Translations under genes and position numbers: made by a program
Notes under the pieces: model-generated
What the model was told of the DNA's origin: nothing
Database searches by the model: none
What the model saw: only the letters and a program-made list of their open reading frames with translations
Assembly: GCA_965203515.1 (NCBI GenBank)
Contig: OZ241907.1
Coordinates: 832,001-896,000, forward strand
Source of the DNA: Spirochaetia bacterium
GTDB taxonomy: Bacteria > Spirochaetota > Spirochaetia > SZUA-6 > Bin103
Direction: 5' to 3'
DNA length: 64,000 nucleotides
Part shown: in pieces, positions 32,976 through 41,459 of the stretch
Layout of the letters: the number at the start of each line of letters is the position of its first letter
How positions within the stretch are numbered: the first letter of the stretch is position 1

Positions 32976-33683
32976 CTATATGTCGTTCTTACCCCGCTCG
33001 CGGAGTATCGCCTCAAGTTCGGCGATGCGCGCTTCCGCTTGGCGGCGGGCGGCGGCTTCCAATTGCCGTTCCTCCTCTACTTCGTCCGAAGACAGCAGAT
33101 AGCTCCGCGTCGCCGGATCGTAGAACCGCAGCCTCTCCGCCTCCAGCCGCACTTCCAGCCCCAGCACCTTGCTCACCAGCCGCAGCGTTCCGTCCGCCAA
33201 CTTCTCCTCCGGCAGCCGCTCGTACCGTTCCCCGATCAGTTCCAGCCCCTGCAACGGCGGCTCCAGATAGTCCGCCGTCGGGTCGTACTGCCAGTACTCC
33301 CGCACTCCCAACCGCCGGTACGTCTCTCGCTTCGGTCCCTGATCCCGGTCCCTGGTGCTTGCCGAGGTGATCTCCAGTACGAAGTCAGGCCCCTTCGGCT
33401 CCTTCCACAACAGGTAGGAGTGGCGCGGGCGATTCGGCGCGCCGAGCACCACGAACACGTCCGGCGCTACCGACTCCCTGGTTCCCTCGCGGTAGTAGAT
33501 CAGCAGGTCGGCCGCCACGAACACGTCATCACGATCGGCATAGCGCCGCCGCAGCGCGTCGAAGGCGTAGACCAGGGGAATGAGTTGAAAATAGCTTTCC
33601 GCCAATGGCTCACCGTCCGAACTGGGGTAATCGATCTCGACCGGAGCAACCGGAGCGAGTGCCGTGCCTGCCACGTATGCCAT
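32976..33683 (-). CDS. Uma2 (DUF820) family endonuclease
   Basis: YPSSDGEPLAES, VAPDVFVV, PDFVLEITS, LGVREYWQYDP. Confidence 0.9.
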   Translation of the reverse strand: MAYVAGTALAPVAPVEIDYPSSDGEPLAESYFQLIPLVYAFDALRRRYADRDDVFVAADLLIYYREGTRESVAPDVFVVLGAPNRPRHSYLLWKEPKGPDFVLEITSASTRDRDQGPKRETYRRLGVREYWQYDPTADYLEPPLQGLELIGERYERLPEEKLADGTLRLVSKVLGLEVRLEAERLRFYDPATRSYLLSSDEVEEERQLEAAARRQAEARIAELEAILRERGKNDI

Positions 33684-33930
33684 CCGTGATCCTCCGCCGC
33701 CCACCATACGCCGAACGCGCCGGGTACCGCTACCGCGGCCGCCGGAACCGGGTTGATGAACAGGCGCCAGACGGCGCGGGCCGACCCTGAGCGGCCGGGA
33801 GGGACGATGAACAACCGATCTGCGCCATGTCCATTCCCCGGCCGCCTGCAACTCGATGTCGGTCACCGAAACGGGCGCGAGCCCGGGAGCGTCATCCACC
33901 GGCGATACCACCTCTCCGGTACCTTCCGGC

Positions 33931-34074
33931 CTATGGACATATGTCTCGGAAGCTACGAAGTTTCAGGCGGAATCGGTGCCGGGCAGCCCAAGCGCACTTG
34001 ATGTTGTCCGCCTCGTCGAAATCGAGTAACCCTTCGCCGATCATGGAGACCATCAGGTCCTGGGATGCACAGAC
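33931..34074 (-). pseudogene. Gene remnant, possibly the C-terminus of a PIN-domain protein
   Basis: VCASQDLMVSMIGEGLLDFDEADNIKCAWAARHRFRLKLRSFRDICP*. Family assignment from recall only. Confidence 0.3.
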
Positions 34075-34162
34075 CGATCATCGAACACCAACGACGAAGC
34101 ACCGCGGGGCGACCGCAGGTCACAGCGCTCTACCTGCGCGTCCGCCATCGACGGCCCGGGAC

Positions 34163-35038
34163 CTATATATTCTCGGAGTCGGGCCTGCGGCGTAGTAATG
34201 TCTCGAGTTCGGCCAAACGCGCTTCGGCCGCCTGGCGGGCGGCCACTTCCTGTTGGACGCGGGTTTCTGCGGCCTGACGGGCGGCCGCCTCCTGGCGGCG
34301 GGCGGCCGCTTCCTGCTCAACGCGAGCCTCCGCCTCCCGGCGTCGGTCTTCGGCCTTCCGGCGTTGACCTTCCGCCTCCCGGCGTCGGTCTTCGGCCTTC
34401 CGGCGTTGACCTTCCGCCTCTATGAGTCTGTCTCCGGTCTCCGCCAAGTCCGGCAGGTCCTCTCCGCTCTGCGGATCGTGGAACCGCAGCCGCCGGCCGG
34501 CCAACCGCACCTCCAGTCCCAGCACCTCGCTCCGCAGCGCCAGGGTCCCGTCCGCCATCTCCCGCTCCGGCAGCCGCTCGTACGCTCCTTCCACCAACTC
34601 CGACCCCTGCAGCGGCGGCTCCAGGTAGTCCCGCGTCGGATCGTACTGCCAGTACTCCCGCACCCCCAGCCGGCGATACAACTCCCGCTTCTTCCTCTGG
34701 TCTTCCCGCCACGTCGCTCGCGACGTGATCTCCAGCACGAAGTCGGGTCCCTGCCCCTCCTCCCAGAGCCGGTACGACGAGCGTTCGACGTTGCGCACGC
34801 CGAACACCACGAAGACGTCCGGCGCCACCCTCGCGCGCGGATTCCCTTCCTCGTAGTAGATCAGCAGGTTGCCGGAGGCGTACACGTCGGCGTGGTTGCG
34901 GAAGTGGTAGCGGAGCCGGTCGACGGCGTACGTCAGGGGAATCCGTTGGGAATCGCTTTCGGCCATCGGCTTGCCGTCGGAGCTGGGGTACTCTACCGCT
35001 GCCGGCGCCGCCAGCGGAGCGCTGAGTGAAGTTGCCAT
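34163..35038 (-). CDS. Uma2 (DUF820) family endonuclease with coiled-coil tail
   Basis: YPSSDGKPMAES, VAPDVFVV, PDFVLEITS, EYWQYDP; heptad-like EAEGQRRKAEDRRR x2 and QEAAAR repeats. Confidence 0.9.
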   Translation of the reverse strand: MATSLSAPLAAPAAVEYPSSDGKPMAESDSQRIPLTYAVDRLRYHFRNHADVYASGNLLIYYEEGNPRARVAPDVFVVFGVRNVERSSYRLWEEGQGPDFVLEITSRATWREDQRKKRELYRRLGVREYWQYDPTRDYLEPPLQGSELVEGAYERLPEREMADGTLALRSEVLGLEVRLAGRRLRFHDPQSGEDLPDLAETGDRLIEAEGQRRKAEDRRREAEGQRRKAEDRRREAEARVEQEAAARRQEAAARQAAETRVQQEVAARQAAEARLAELETLLRRRPDSENI

Positions 35039-35110
35039 TCGACCATACCTCCGGACGCCGGCCAGCATAGCACGCCGCGCGGCGGACGGACCCACTATCC
35101 AAATCGACCG

Positions 35111-35280
35111 TTACCGATCGACTGTGAGCAGGATGGCGGCGATGCGGCGGGCGGTGTCGGTGAAGTGCTGGACTTCGTCGGGGAGGAGGGGGCGGTCGAG
35201 GATGGCGCGCTCGCGGTAGGAGAGCCATCCGTGAAGTAGTCCTCGACGGCGGCGACGAGCCGCTTCGTCCTGGTCTCCAT
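35111..35280 (-). pseudogene. Internally deleted type ISP restriction-modification gene relic
   Basis: METRTKRLVAAVEDYFTD is joined out of frame near 35228 to WLSYRERAILDRPLLPDEVQHFTDTARRIAAILL, which resembles the type ISP C-terminus. Confidence 0.65.
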
Positions 35281-35955
35281 CTACGAGGCGGAACAGGTCG
35301 TCGAGGAGGTCGAACTTCCGGTACCGGAAGCTGCCAGGTCGGCGACCGCCGTTCGGTAGTCATTGCGGACCCGTTCCAGGGTCGCGGTCGGATCGCCGCC
35401 CGGCTGCCGCAGAGGCTGGAGCGCGGCGATGGCGGCGGCGCGGAACGTCCTCTTCAGGGCGTCGTCGATGCACAGACACCCCGGCCGCAGGCGCGCCGGG
35501 TCGACGACCGGCCCGTCGACGAATATCAGGTCACAGCGCTCGACCGGCGCGTCCGCCATCGACGGCACGATCGTGATCCGGTCGGCCGCGCCGGCGTCCC
35601 GGAACGTGCGCTCGGCGATCCGGCGGTGACCGGCGTCGCGCTCGACCGTAAACAGCCGCGCGTGCGGGAACGCCTCGGCGATCAGCACGGTCGAGTAGCC
35701 GATGCCGGTGCCGGTCTCCAGGATCGCCTCCGGCCGGCTCGGCATCTGTTCGGCCAGCACAGCCCAGAGCGGCGCACGGGACGGCGGGCTGGGATACGCC
35801 TCGCATTCGGGGCCGTGCTGCAGGCGATGGGCGTGCGTCTGCAGGTAGAGGTCCCAGTGCAGGTCGATCGCCGTGCCGAACGCCGCCTGCACCAGCGGAT
35901 CGAGCCACGGATAGTAGGAGTCGGCGTTCCACCAGTCGGCGCGCATCGTGATCAT
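35281..35955 (-). CDS. Class I SAM-dependent (O-)methyltransferase
   Basis: ILETGTGIGYST, TVE, DLIFVDG. Confidence 0.75.
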   Translation of the reverse strand: MITMRADWWNADSYYPWLDPLVQAAFGTAIDLHWDLYLQTHAHRLQHGPECEAYPSPPSRAPLWAVLAEQMPSRPEAILETGTGIGYSTVLIAEAFPHARLFTVERDAGHRRIAERTFRDAGAADRITIVPSMADAPVERCDLIFVDGPVVDPARLRPGCLCIDDALKRTFRAAAIAALQPLRQPGGDPTATLERVRNDYRTAVADLAASGTGSSTSSTTCSAS

Positions 35956-37988
35956 CGGCACACCAGCATGCCGTGGCCGTCGCGCAGAGTGACCCGCACC
36001 GCGGCGTAGCCGTCGCGGTACTCGTGATCGAGCCGTGCGCCGTGCGGGGCGAGCTCGACGCGGTCCGGCGGGCGGTCCGTGCGGATCGAGATCGGCACGT
36101 CCAGCAGCGGCAGGGCGTCCTCGACTACGTCGAGCCCGGCGCCGCCGCTCCCTTCGGTGCGCCGTTCGCGGACGAAGCTCAGCAGATGGACGATGGTGGC
36201 GGCGCCCTTCCGCATCACCGTGGTCTCCAACGCGCTCGGCGCCTCCGGCGCGCGCACCAGCGGGCGCGGCAGCAGCAGACCCAGACAGTTGCCGATCAGC
36301 CGCCGGTGCTCCGGGACCGCGTGGCGTCCGTAGGCCGCGAACAGCGGCGCCGAGCCGGTGATCACCGCACCGCCGCCGTCCGGGCGGTTGAGCACGATCG
36401 CGGAGTAGCGCGACAGCCGGTCCGGCGGCGTGTAGGAGTGCCCGGAGAACCGGTCGTGCGACCGCTCGAAGTACGGCTCGACCACACGCGCCAGCGACCG
36501 CGCGCCGGCGGCCGGGGTCATGCGGAAGCCGGATTCGTACAGGGCGTGGTCGAAGCGGGCCAACCCGTCCGCGACGGCGCGCGCCGGCCGCAGGAACGTG
36601 GTGCCGTAGGGGCTCGGCCCGTGCGCCTCGATCCCCTGCTCGGCGAGCAGCGGCGTACCGTCCGGGGCGAGCGCCGCCGATCCGCAGAGCATCAGGGAGC
36701 CGCCGCCGGCCACGTAGCCGCGCAGCGCCGCTTGCAACGCGGCGTCGACCGGCGTGTTGGACAGCACCACGACTACCGGGTAGCGGTCCAGGCGCGCCGT
36801 CGGCGGCACGACGTCGAACTGCAGCCGGAGTTGCTGCAGCGCGCGCGTGGCGCCGATCCCCGCCGCGCCCGGCCGGTCGCCCAGCTCCGGGTCGACCACC
36901 ACGGCGATCTCGCTCTGCAGCCGGCCGCCGGCGGCGATCGCCTGGCACCGCTCGACGTAGCGGTAGACGCGCCCGATCAGTTCGTAGACGGCAGCGTCCG
37001 GGACGCCGCGCGGGTGGAGCAGGTCGCCCACGCCCAGGGTCATCCCCTGGCTCAGGATCTGGCAGCACTCGTACTTGAGCGCCGCGTGCGGCTTGAGCCC
37101 GGCGTTGTCCCCCCAGCTCTTGAAGAAGCGGCCGGTGTGGCTGAGCGTCGGCAGGCCGAGCGGCCGTACGAAGCGGGCGACGTACGGAAAGTAGGCGTAG
37201 CCCCAACCGCCGGTCGGCAGCGCTTCGATCTCGACGTGGCGCAGGAACCGCTTCTCCGCGTGCAGGTTGGTCTTGGGCCGCGAATTGAACCAGATGCCCA
37301 GGTGGTCGCGGCCTGCCGCCGCCTCCACCATGGCCGAAAACCGCCGCATGTAGTCGAGCGCCACGGCGCGCGCGTAGCGGTTGCGGTCCTGGACCGAATG
37401 CGGGTCGAGGCGGCGCTTCGCCATGCCGGCCAGCGCCCACTTGGAGACGCTCGGCTGGTCCCAGCACATGTCCAGAAAGATGCCGTCGACCGGTGCGTAG
37501 CGGCGCAGCACCTCGTCCAGCAGCTCGGCCAAGTAGTCCTGGTAGGGGCTCGACATGTCGAGGATCTGCCAGCCGGCGCAGAGCGCCTCCGGCTGCCGGG
37601 GCCCCGGGTCGGCCGGCAGGCGCTTCACCCGCCGGCCGTCGGCATCGACGGCGACCCACTCGGGGTGCTCGCCGGCGGCGTACTCGTTCACCTGCGCCGA
37701 CAGGTAGATCGGCGCGCGGATGCCGCGGCGGTGCAGCGCCTCAATCTGGGCGCCGGTCAGGTCGAGATCGGCCGGCAGGGCGGGGTGGCGGCACGGGTGC
37801 GCGGTGCGGAAGTAGGCGTGTCCGTGGTGGCAGAGGCCGAACACGGTCACGCTGTCGACGCGCGCCTCGGCAAAGCGGTCGGCAAAGGCGTCCGCGTCGA
37901 AGTCGCGCGCCACGTCCGGGACGTGCGGGCCGGTATGGAAGTCGAGATGGATCGTCCGCTGCGGGAATTGCAGGTTGCGGGAAGCCAC
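35952..37988 (-). CDS. Putative glycoside hydrolase (GHL6-like TIM barrel plus beta-galactosidase trimerisation-like domain)
   Basis: IHLDFHT, DSVTVF..CHHG..Y, DGIFLD, EIEALPTGGWGY, TGRF.KSWGD. Confidence 0.8.
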   Translation of the reverse strand: MASRNLQFPQRTIHLDFHTGPHVPDVARDFDADAFADRFAEARVDSVTVFGLCHHGHAYFRTAHPCRHPALPADLDLTGAQIEALHRRGIRAPIYLSAQVNEYAAGEHPEWVAVDADGRRVKRLPADPGPRQPEALCAGWQILDMSSPYQDYLAELLDEVLRRYAPVDGIFLDMCWDQPSVSKWALAGMAKRRLDPHSVQDRNRYARAVALDYMRRFSAMVEAAAGRDHLGIWFNSRPKTNLHAEKRFLRHVEIEALPTGGWGYAYFPYVARFVRPLGLPTLSHTGRFFKSWGDNAGLKPHAALKYECCQILSQGMTLGVGDLLHPRGVPDAAVYELIGRVYRYVERCQAIAAGGRLQSEIAVVVDPELGDRPGAAGIGATRALQQLRLQFDVVPPTARLDRYPVVVVLSNTPVDAALQAALRGYVAGGGSLMLCGSAALAPDGTPLLAEQGIEAHGPSPYGTTFLRPARAVADGLARFDHALYESGFRMTPAAGARSLARVVEPYFERSHDRFSGHSYTPPDRLSRYSAIVLNRPDGGGAVITGSAPLFAAYGRHAVPEHRRLIGNCLGLLLPRPLVRAPEAPSALETTVMRKGAATIVHLLSFVRERRTEGSGGAGLDVVEDALPLLDVPISIRTDRPPDRVELAPHGARLDHEYRDGYAAVRVTLRDGHGMLVCR

Positions 37989-37998
37989 GGGTATCTCC

Positions 37999-39195
37999 TT
38001 AGGCGGTCGAAGTGAGCCGCCGTTCGAGCGGCGTGCGGAAGCGGGGGACGATCACGGTGCCGGCCAGCCAGCGGCGCAGCCGCTCGGCTTCCTCCTCAAT
38101 CCGGTCGCGCGCCGCCGGGGGGACCGCTTCCAGCAGCTCGACGACCACCCGGCCGTCGGGGCGTTGCGCCCAGCCGCCGACCACCCGTCCGTCCGCCCAG
38201 ACCGTGGGACCGGCGTTGCCGTTGCGGTCGAACAGTCGGTCCTGGTGGCCGCCCAGATACCAGGACCGCTCCTTCCAGCCCATGACCGTGGGATCGAGGG
38301 CCGGCAGCAGCGCCGCCCACGCGGGGGGCGGCGCTGCTGCCGGCTCCAGGTCATCGGCCAGCACGAAGCCGGCGCCGGCGTCGAGCTCGACCTCGACGGC
38401 GCCTGCCGACGCCAGCGCGTCGCGGGTCATGCGCTGCGACCAGCCGGTCCACCAGGCGACGTCTCGCAGGGTTCCCGGTCCGAACGCGGCCAGCCAGCGC
38501 CGCACCAACTCGGCGCGAGCCGCCGCCGGCTCCGGGTCGGGCCGGTCTCCGTCGAGCCACGCGGCGGCGGCTGCCCACCGGTACTGGCTCGAAATCCAGG
38601 TGCCGAGCGGGCGCGCGCGCACGATGCGCGCCTCCGTGGCCAGCAGGAACAGCACCCGCGTGGAGAGGCCCATGGCGCCGGCCCACCGGCGCCCCGCGCC
38701 GAAGGTGAGCTTGGCGGCCAGCTCGGGAACGACCGCGGTCAACTCCTTGGCGGTGGCCTGCCCGCGCTCCCGGAGCGCTGCCAGCGTCCGGGCGGTCACG
38801 TCGGCCAGCCACGGCTCGGGATCGGCGGCGAGGCCCTGCTCGCCGATCATCGTCAGCAGCCGGCGCCGTTCGGCGGCGACCAGCGCGCGCGTGCAGGCGG
38901 CGTCGAGCACGGCGGCCAGATCGCGCGGCACCACGAACATCGTGCGGCGCATCCCCAGCACCCGCACGAGCGACCGTTCCGCGTACAGCGCGTCCTCCAG
39001 GTGCGCGACCTGGAAGCCGCGCACGCGGCTCCGGGCGCTCAGGTAGACGCTGACCGGGTCGCTGGAGTGCAGGCCGACCAGGGCGCCGGCCGCGGCGGTC
39101 ACGTCGGACGCCGGAGCCGCCAGACGATGGCGCGCCGCAAGCCGGGCGCGCCGCTCGGCCGCGTCGATCTTCCGGCGCGCGGCGGGTGGAGCCAT
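37999..39195 (-). CDS. AlkZ/YcaQ-like (HTH_42) winged-helix DNA glycosylase
   Basis: GLHSSDP, MRRTMF, RWLAAFGPGT..D..WWTG, LLPALDP..MG, DGRVVGGW. Confidence 0.85.
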   Translation of the reverse strand: MAPPAARRKIDAAERRARLAARHRLAAPASDVTAAAGALVGLHSSDPVSVYLSARSRVRGFQVAHLEDALYAERSLVRVLGMRRTMFVVPRDLAAVLDAACTRALVAAERRRLLTMIGEQGLAADPEPWLADVTARTLAALRERGQATAKELTAVVPELAAKLTFGAGRRWAGAMGLSTRVLFLLATEARIVRARPLGTWISSQYRWAAAAAWLDGDRPDPEPAAARAELVRRWLAAFGPGTLRDVAWWTGWSQRMTRDALASAGAVEVELDAGAGFVLADDLEPAAAPPPAWAALLPALDPTVMGWKERSWYLGGHQDRLFDRNGNAGPTVWADGRVVGGWAQRPDGRVVVELLEAVPPAARDRIEEEAERLRRWLAGTVIVPRFRTPLERRLTSTA

Positions 39196-39255
39196 CGCCG
39201 CGCATGGTAGCCTGATCGGCGCGGCGGACGCGGAGCCCCGCAGGTGGCGCCGGCA

Positions 39256-39373
39256 ACCGGAGATGACCGATGTACGTGATGGCACCCGGATGCATGGGGC
39301 GAGGCTCGGTCCCTATGGCGCCGGCTGCTTGTACCGGGCGACGCCGCAGCCGTCGGGAGCGGGGTTGACCACG
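39256..39373 (+). pseudogene. glpK: Decayed relic of glpK
   Basis: 39256-39285 matches 45969-45999 (RBS and start, 1 indel). 39303-39373 matches glpK 46743-46835 with small deletions. Confidence 0.85.
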
Positions 39374-39446
39374 CCGCGGCGCTCGGAGCATCAGGGATGG
39401 AGGGTTGACGTCGACCACTTCATCCGGCATGATGCCTTGCGACGTG

Positions 39447-39469
39447 CCCCCCCCCCCCCCCCCCCCCCC
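39447..39469. repeat. Poly-C tract (23 nt)
   Basis: Homopolymer read directly from the sequence. Confidence 0.85.
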
Positions 39470-39757
39470 GGAAGCCGCTAGGTAAGAGATACTCGCGCCT
39501 CACGCGACCGAGCCGATCCGGCTCTAAGGCATCGCTGGCGCTCGCGACGGCCGCCGGCATCGCCATGCTGGCGCACACCGAGGCGGCTCGGCCGCCCGCT
39601 GCTACGCCCGCCGACGCCGGCTCGGGCCGGTGGACCGGAGGCAGCGGCGCGCCGACGCCAACGCCCCGCAGGACGGCGAAGGTTTGGACGATCAGCGCGT
39701 CTCACTTTGGCGATGATACCAACCTGTTGAGCCAGACTATAATAGACGAGGTATAAC

Positions 39758-40156
39758 ATGTTCCTGAATCGACTTGACCCGGACGAAAAGAGCGCGTTTC
39801 TGGCACTTGCGCACCATGTCGCCCGAGCCGATGCCGAATTCTCCTCGGAGGAGCTAACCGTCATCGCCAGGTATTGCATGGAAATGCAGGTCGACGACAT
39901 CGACTATGACGAAGATCAGTTCGACATTGACCAGATTATAGGTCGATTCCAAAGCGACAGCCACCGCAACATCGTGCTGCTCGAGTTGACGGCTTTGATC
40001 TATGCGGACGAGCGGCTCGCTGCCGAGGAGCAGCAGCTCTTGGACAAACTCGTCGAGCGCTTCGACATGAATCCGTATCTGTCCACCATCTTCAAGGAGT
40101 GGGCGAAGAGCGTCCTGTCTCTGTATACTCAAGGGGAGGCGTTGATTCACCTGTGA
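39758..40156 (+). CDS. TerB-like (tellurite resistance family) protein
   Basis: Duplicated AD..[FL]..EE motif (VARADAEFSSEE; IYADERLAAEE). TATAAT at 39738 and GAGGT RBS upstream. Confidence 0.75.
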   Translation: MFLNRLDPDEKSAFLALAHHVARADAEFSSEELTVIARYCMEMQVDDIDYDEDQFDIDQIIGRFQSDSHRNIVLLELTALIYADERLAAEEQQLLDKLVERFDMNPYLSTIFKEWAKSVLSLYTQGEALIHL

Positions 40157-40196
40157 TCCCGGATTTCCGGCTCAACTCAGAGGAGCGAGGACGTCA

Positions 40197-41021
40197 ATGC
40201 ATAAGCTCGATATAGAGAGGTTCTATCGCGCCATCCCCGCGTCCGGGCGGAACATACGGCGCCTCAACAGATTATACACGAACCTCGACGAATCGTTGCG
40301 CATAGCCGTCTTGGGCAAGTACAACCACGGCAAGAGCACGTTTCTCAATGCGCTCGTGCGCAACGAAGTTTTCCGCGTCGCAGACAAGCGCGAGACCACC
40401 GAGATAGCCGAACATGAGCACGACGGCGTGGTCTATATCGATACCCCCGGCCTTGACGGCGACCCTGACGAAAGTGACGATCGGAAAGCCTGGAGGACGG
40501 CATTCCAATCGGCGGACTTCCTGTTCCTGGTCCATCAAGCGCAGGCTGGAGAGCTCGATCGATACGAGATCAATGCATTTCTGCAGCTCGCACGACAAGA
40601 TGGGAACTACAGCAAGAAGATGCATCTCGTGCTGACTCAGATCGACCAATGCGAGCCGGATGAAGTCCGTACGGTCGAACGTACGGTCCGCGGGCAGTTG
40701 ATACGTGCTTTCGACTTGCGAGAGCTTTCGATAACGCCGGTGTCCGCCACTCGACACCGGAAAGGCGTCAATGACAGGAACTCGAAATTGCGCGAGATGA
40801 GCGGAATGGCGCCGATCTTCGCCACCGTCAAGCGGATCAAGTCGGAGGTCCCGTCACTCCGCAGACGCGAGGTGCGTCGATTGACGGACAAGATACTGCT
40901 TGACCTGGGCGACGCGCTAACGGGGATCAATAAGAAGTCACAGCAGGCGAAGCGAAGTCTGACATCGGACGCTCGGCGCATTGTCGAAAATCTGAGAGCC
41001 TATACGTCATGTATAGGATAA
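40197..41021 (+). CDS. Short dynamin-like GTPase
   Basis: G1 GKYNHGKST, G2 RETT, G3 DTPG, G4 TQID. Confidence 0.85.
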   Translation: MHKLDIERFYRAIPASGRNIRRLNRLYTNLDESLRIAVLGKYNHGKSTFLNALVRNEVFRVADKRETTEIAEHEHDGVVYIDTPGLDGDPDESDDRKAWRTAFQSADFLFLVHQAQAGELDRYEINAFLQLARQDGNYSKKMHLVLTQIDQCEPDEVRTVERTVRGQLIRAFDLRELSITPVSATRHRKGVNDRNSKLREMSGMAPIFATVKRIKSEVPSLRRREVRRLTDKILLDLGDALTGINKKSQQAKRSLTSDARRIVENLRAYTSCIG

Positions 41022-41048
41022 TATATCTAGCACAAAGGGGTACGGATC

Positions 41049-41459
41049 GTGATAGTGCCGATTTGGGTCGGTATCGGTGCAGCCGTCAGTGCAGCCGCAG
41101 CCGCCAGTGCAGCCGCAGCCGCAGCCGCAGCCGCTAAGAAGCGCAATGAAGAGAAAGTCAAGCGCGCTGCAGCCGCTGCGACACAGCAAGCGAAACGAGC
41201 TGACGCACAGGAACGTCAGCGGCGACAGCAAGCACAGGTAGACCGTCTTGTGAGCCATTACGGGCTACCGATAAGCGCCAAGTCGGAGCTCGCCACGTGG
41301 GCCGCAGCCGGCGAAGCCGGAATCAAGCGGATCGAACGCGCGCTCGTGGCCGGGACTTCGGATACAGCGAAGAAGCTGCGCAATCATGACAAACACCGCC
41401 ACGAGCTGCTGGCACTGCGAGATGAGGTATGCAGGGTAAGCATGAGGGCAGGCGAATGA
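41049..41459 (+). CDS. Small protein with hydrophobic/poly-Ala N-terminus and coiled coil
   Basis: IWVGIGAAVSAAAAASAAAAAAAAAKKRNEE; stop overlaps the next ATG (ATGA). Confidence 0.65.
   Translation: MIVPIWVGIGAAVSAAAAASAAAAAAAAAKKRNEEKVKRAAAAATQQAKRADAQERQRRQQAQVDRLVSHYGLPISAKSELATWAAAGEAGIKRIERALVAGTSDTAKKLRNHDKHRHELLALRDEVCRVSMRAGE

Noticed and set aside
39758..40156. Tellurite resistance (ter) operon
   Set aside because: No terA, C, D, E or Z genes nearby; only a TerB-like fold.
41079..41135. GCAGCC repeats (and ATGGAG x3 near 42260) as phase-variation switches
   Set aside because: Hexamer units keep the reading frame, so they cannot switch genes on or off.
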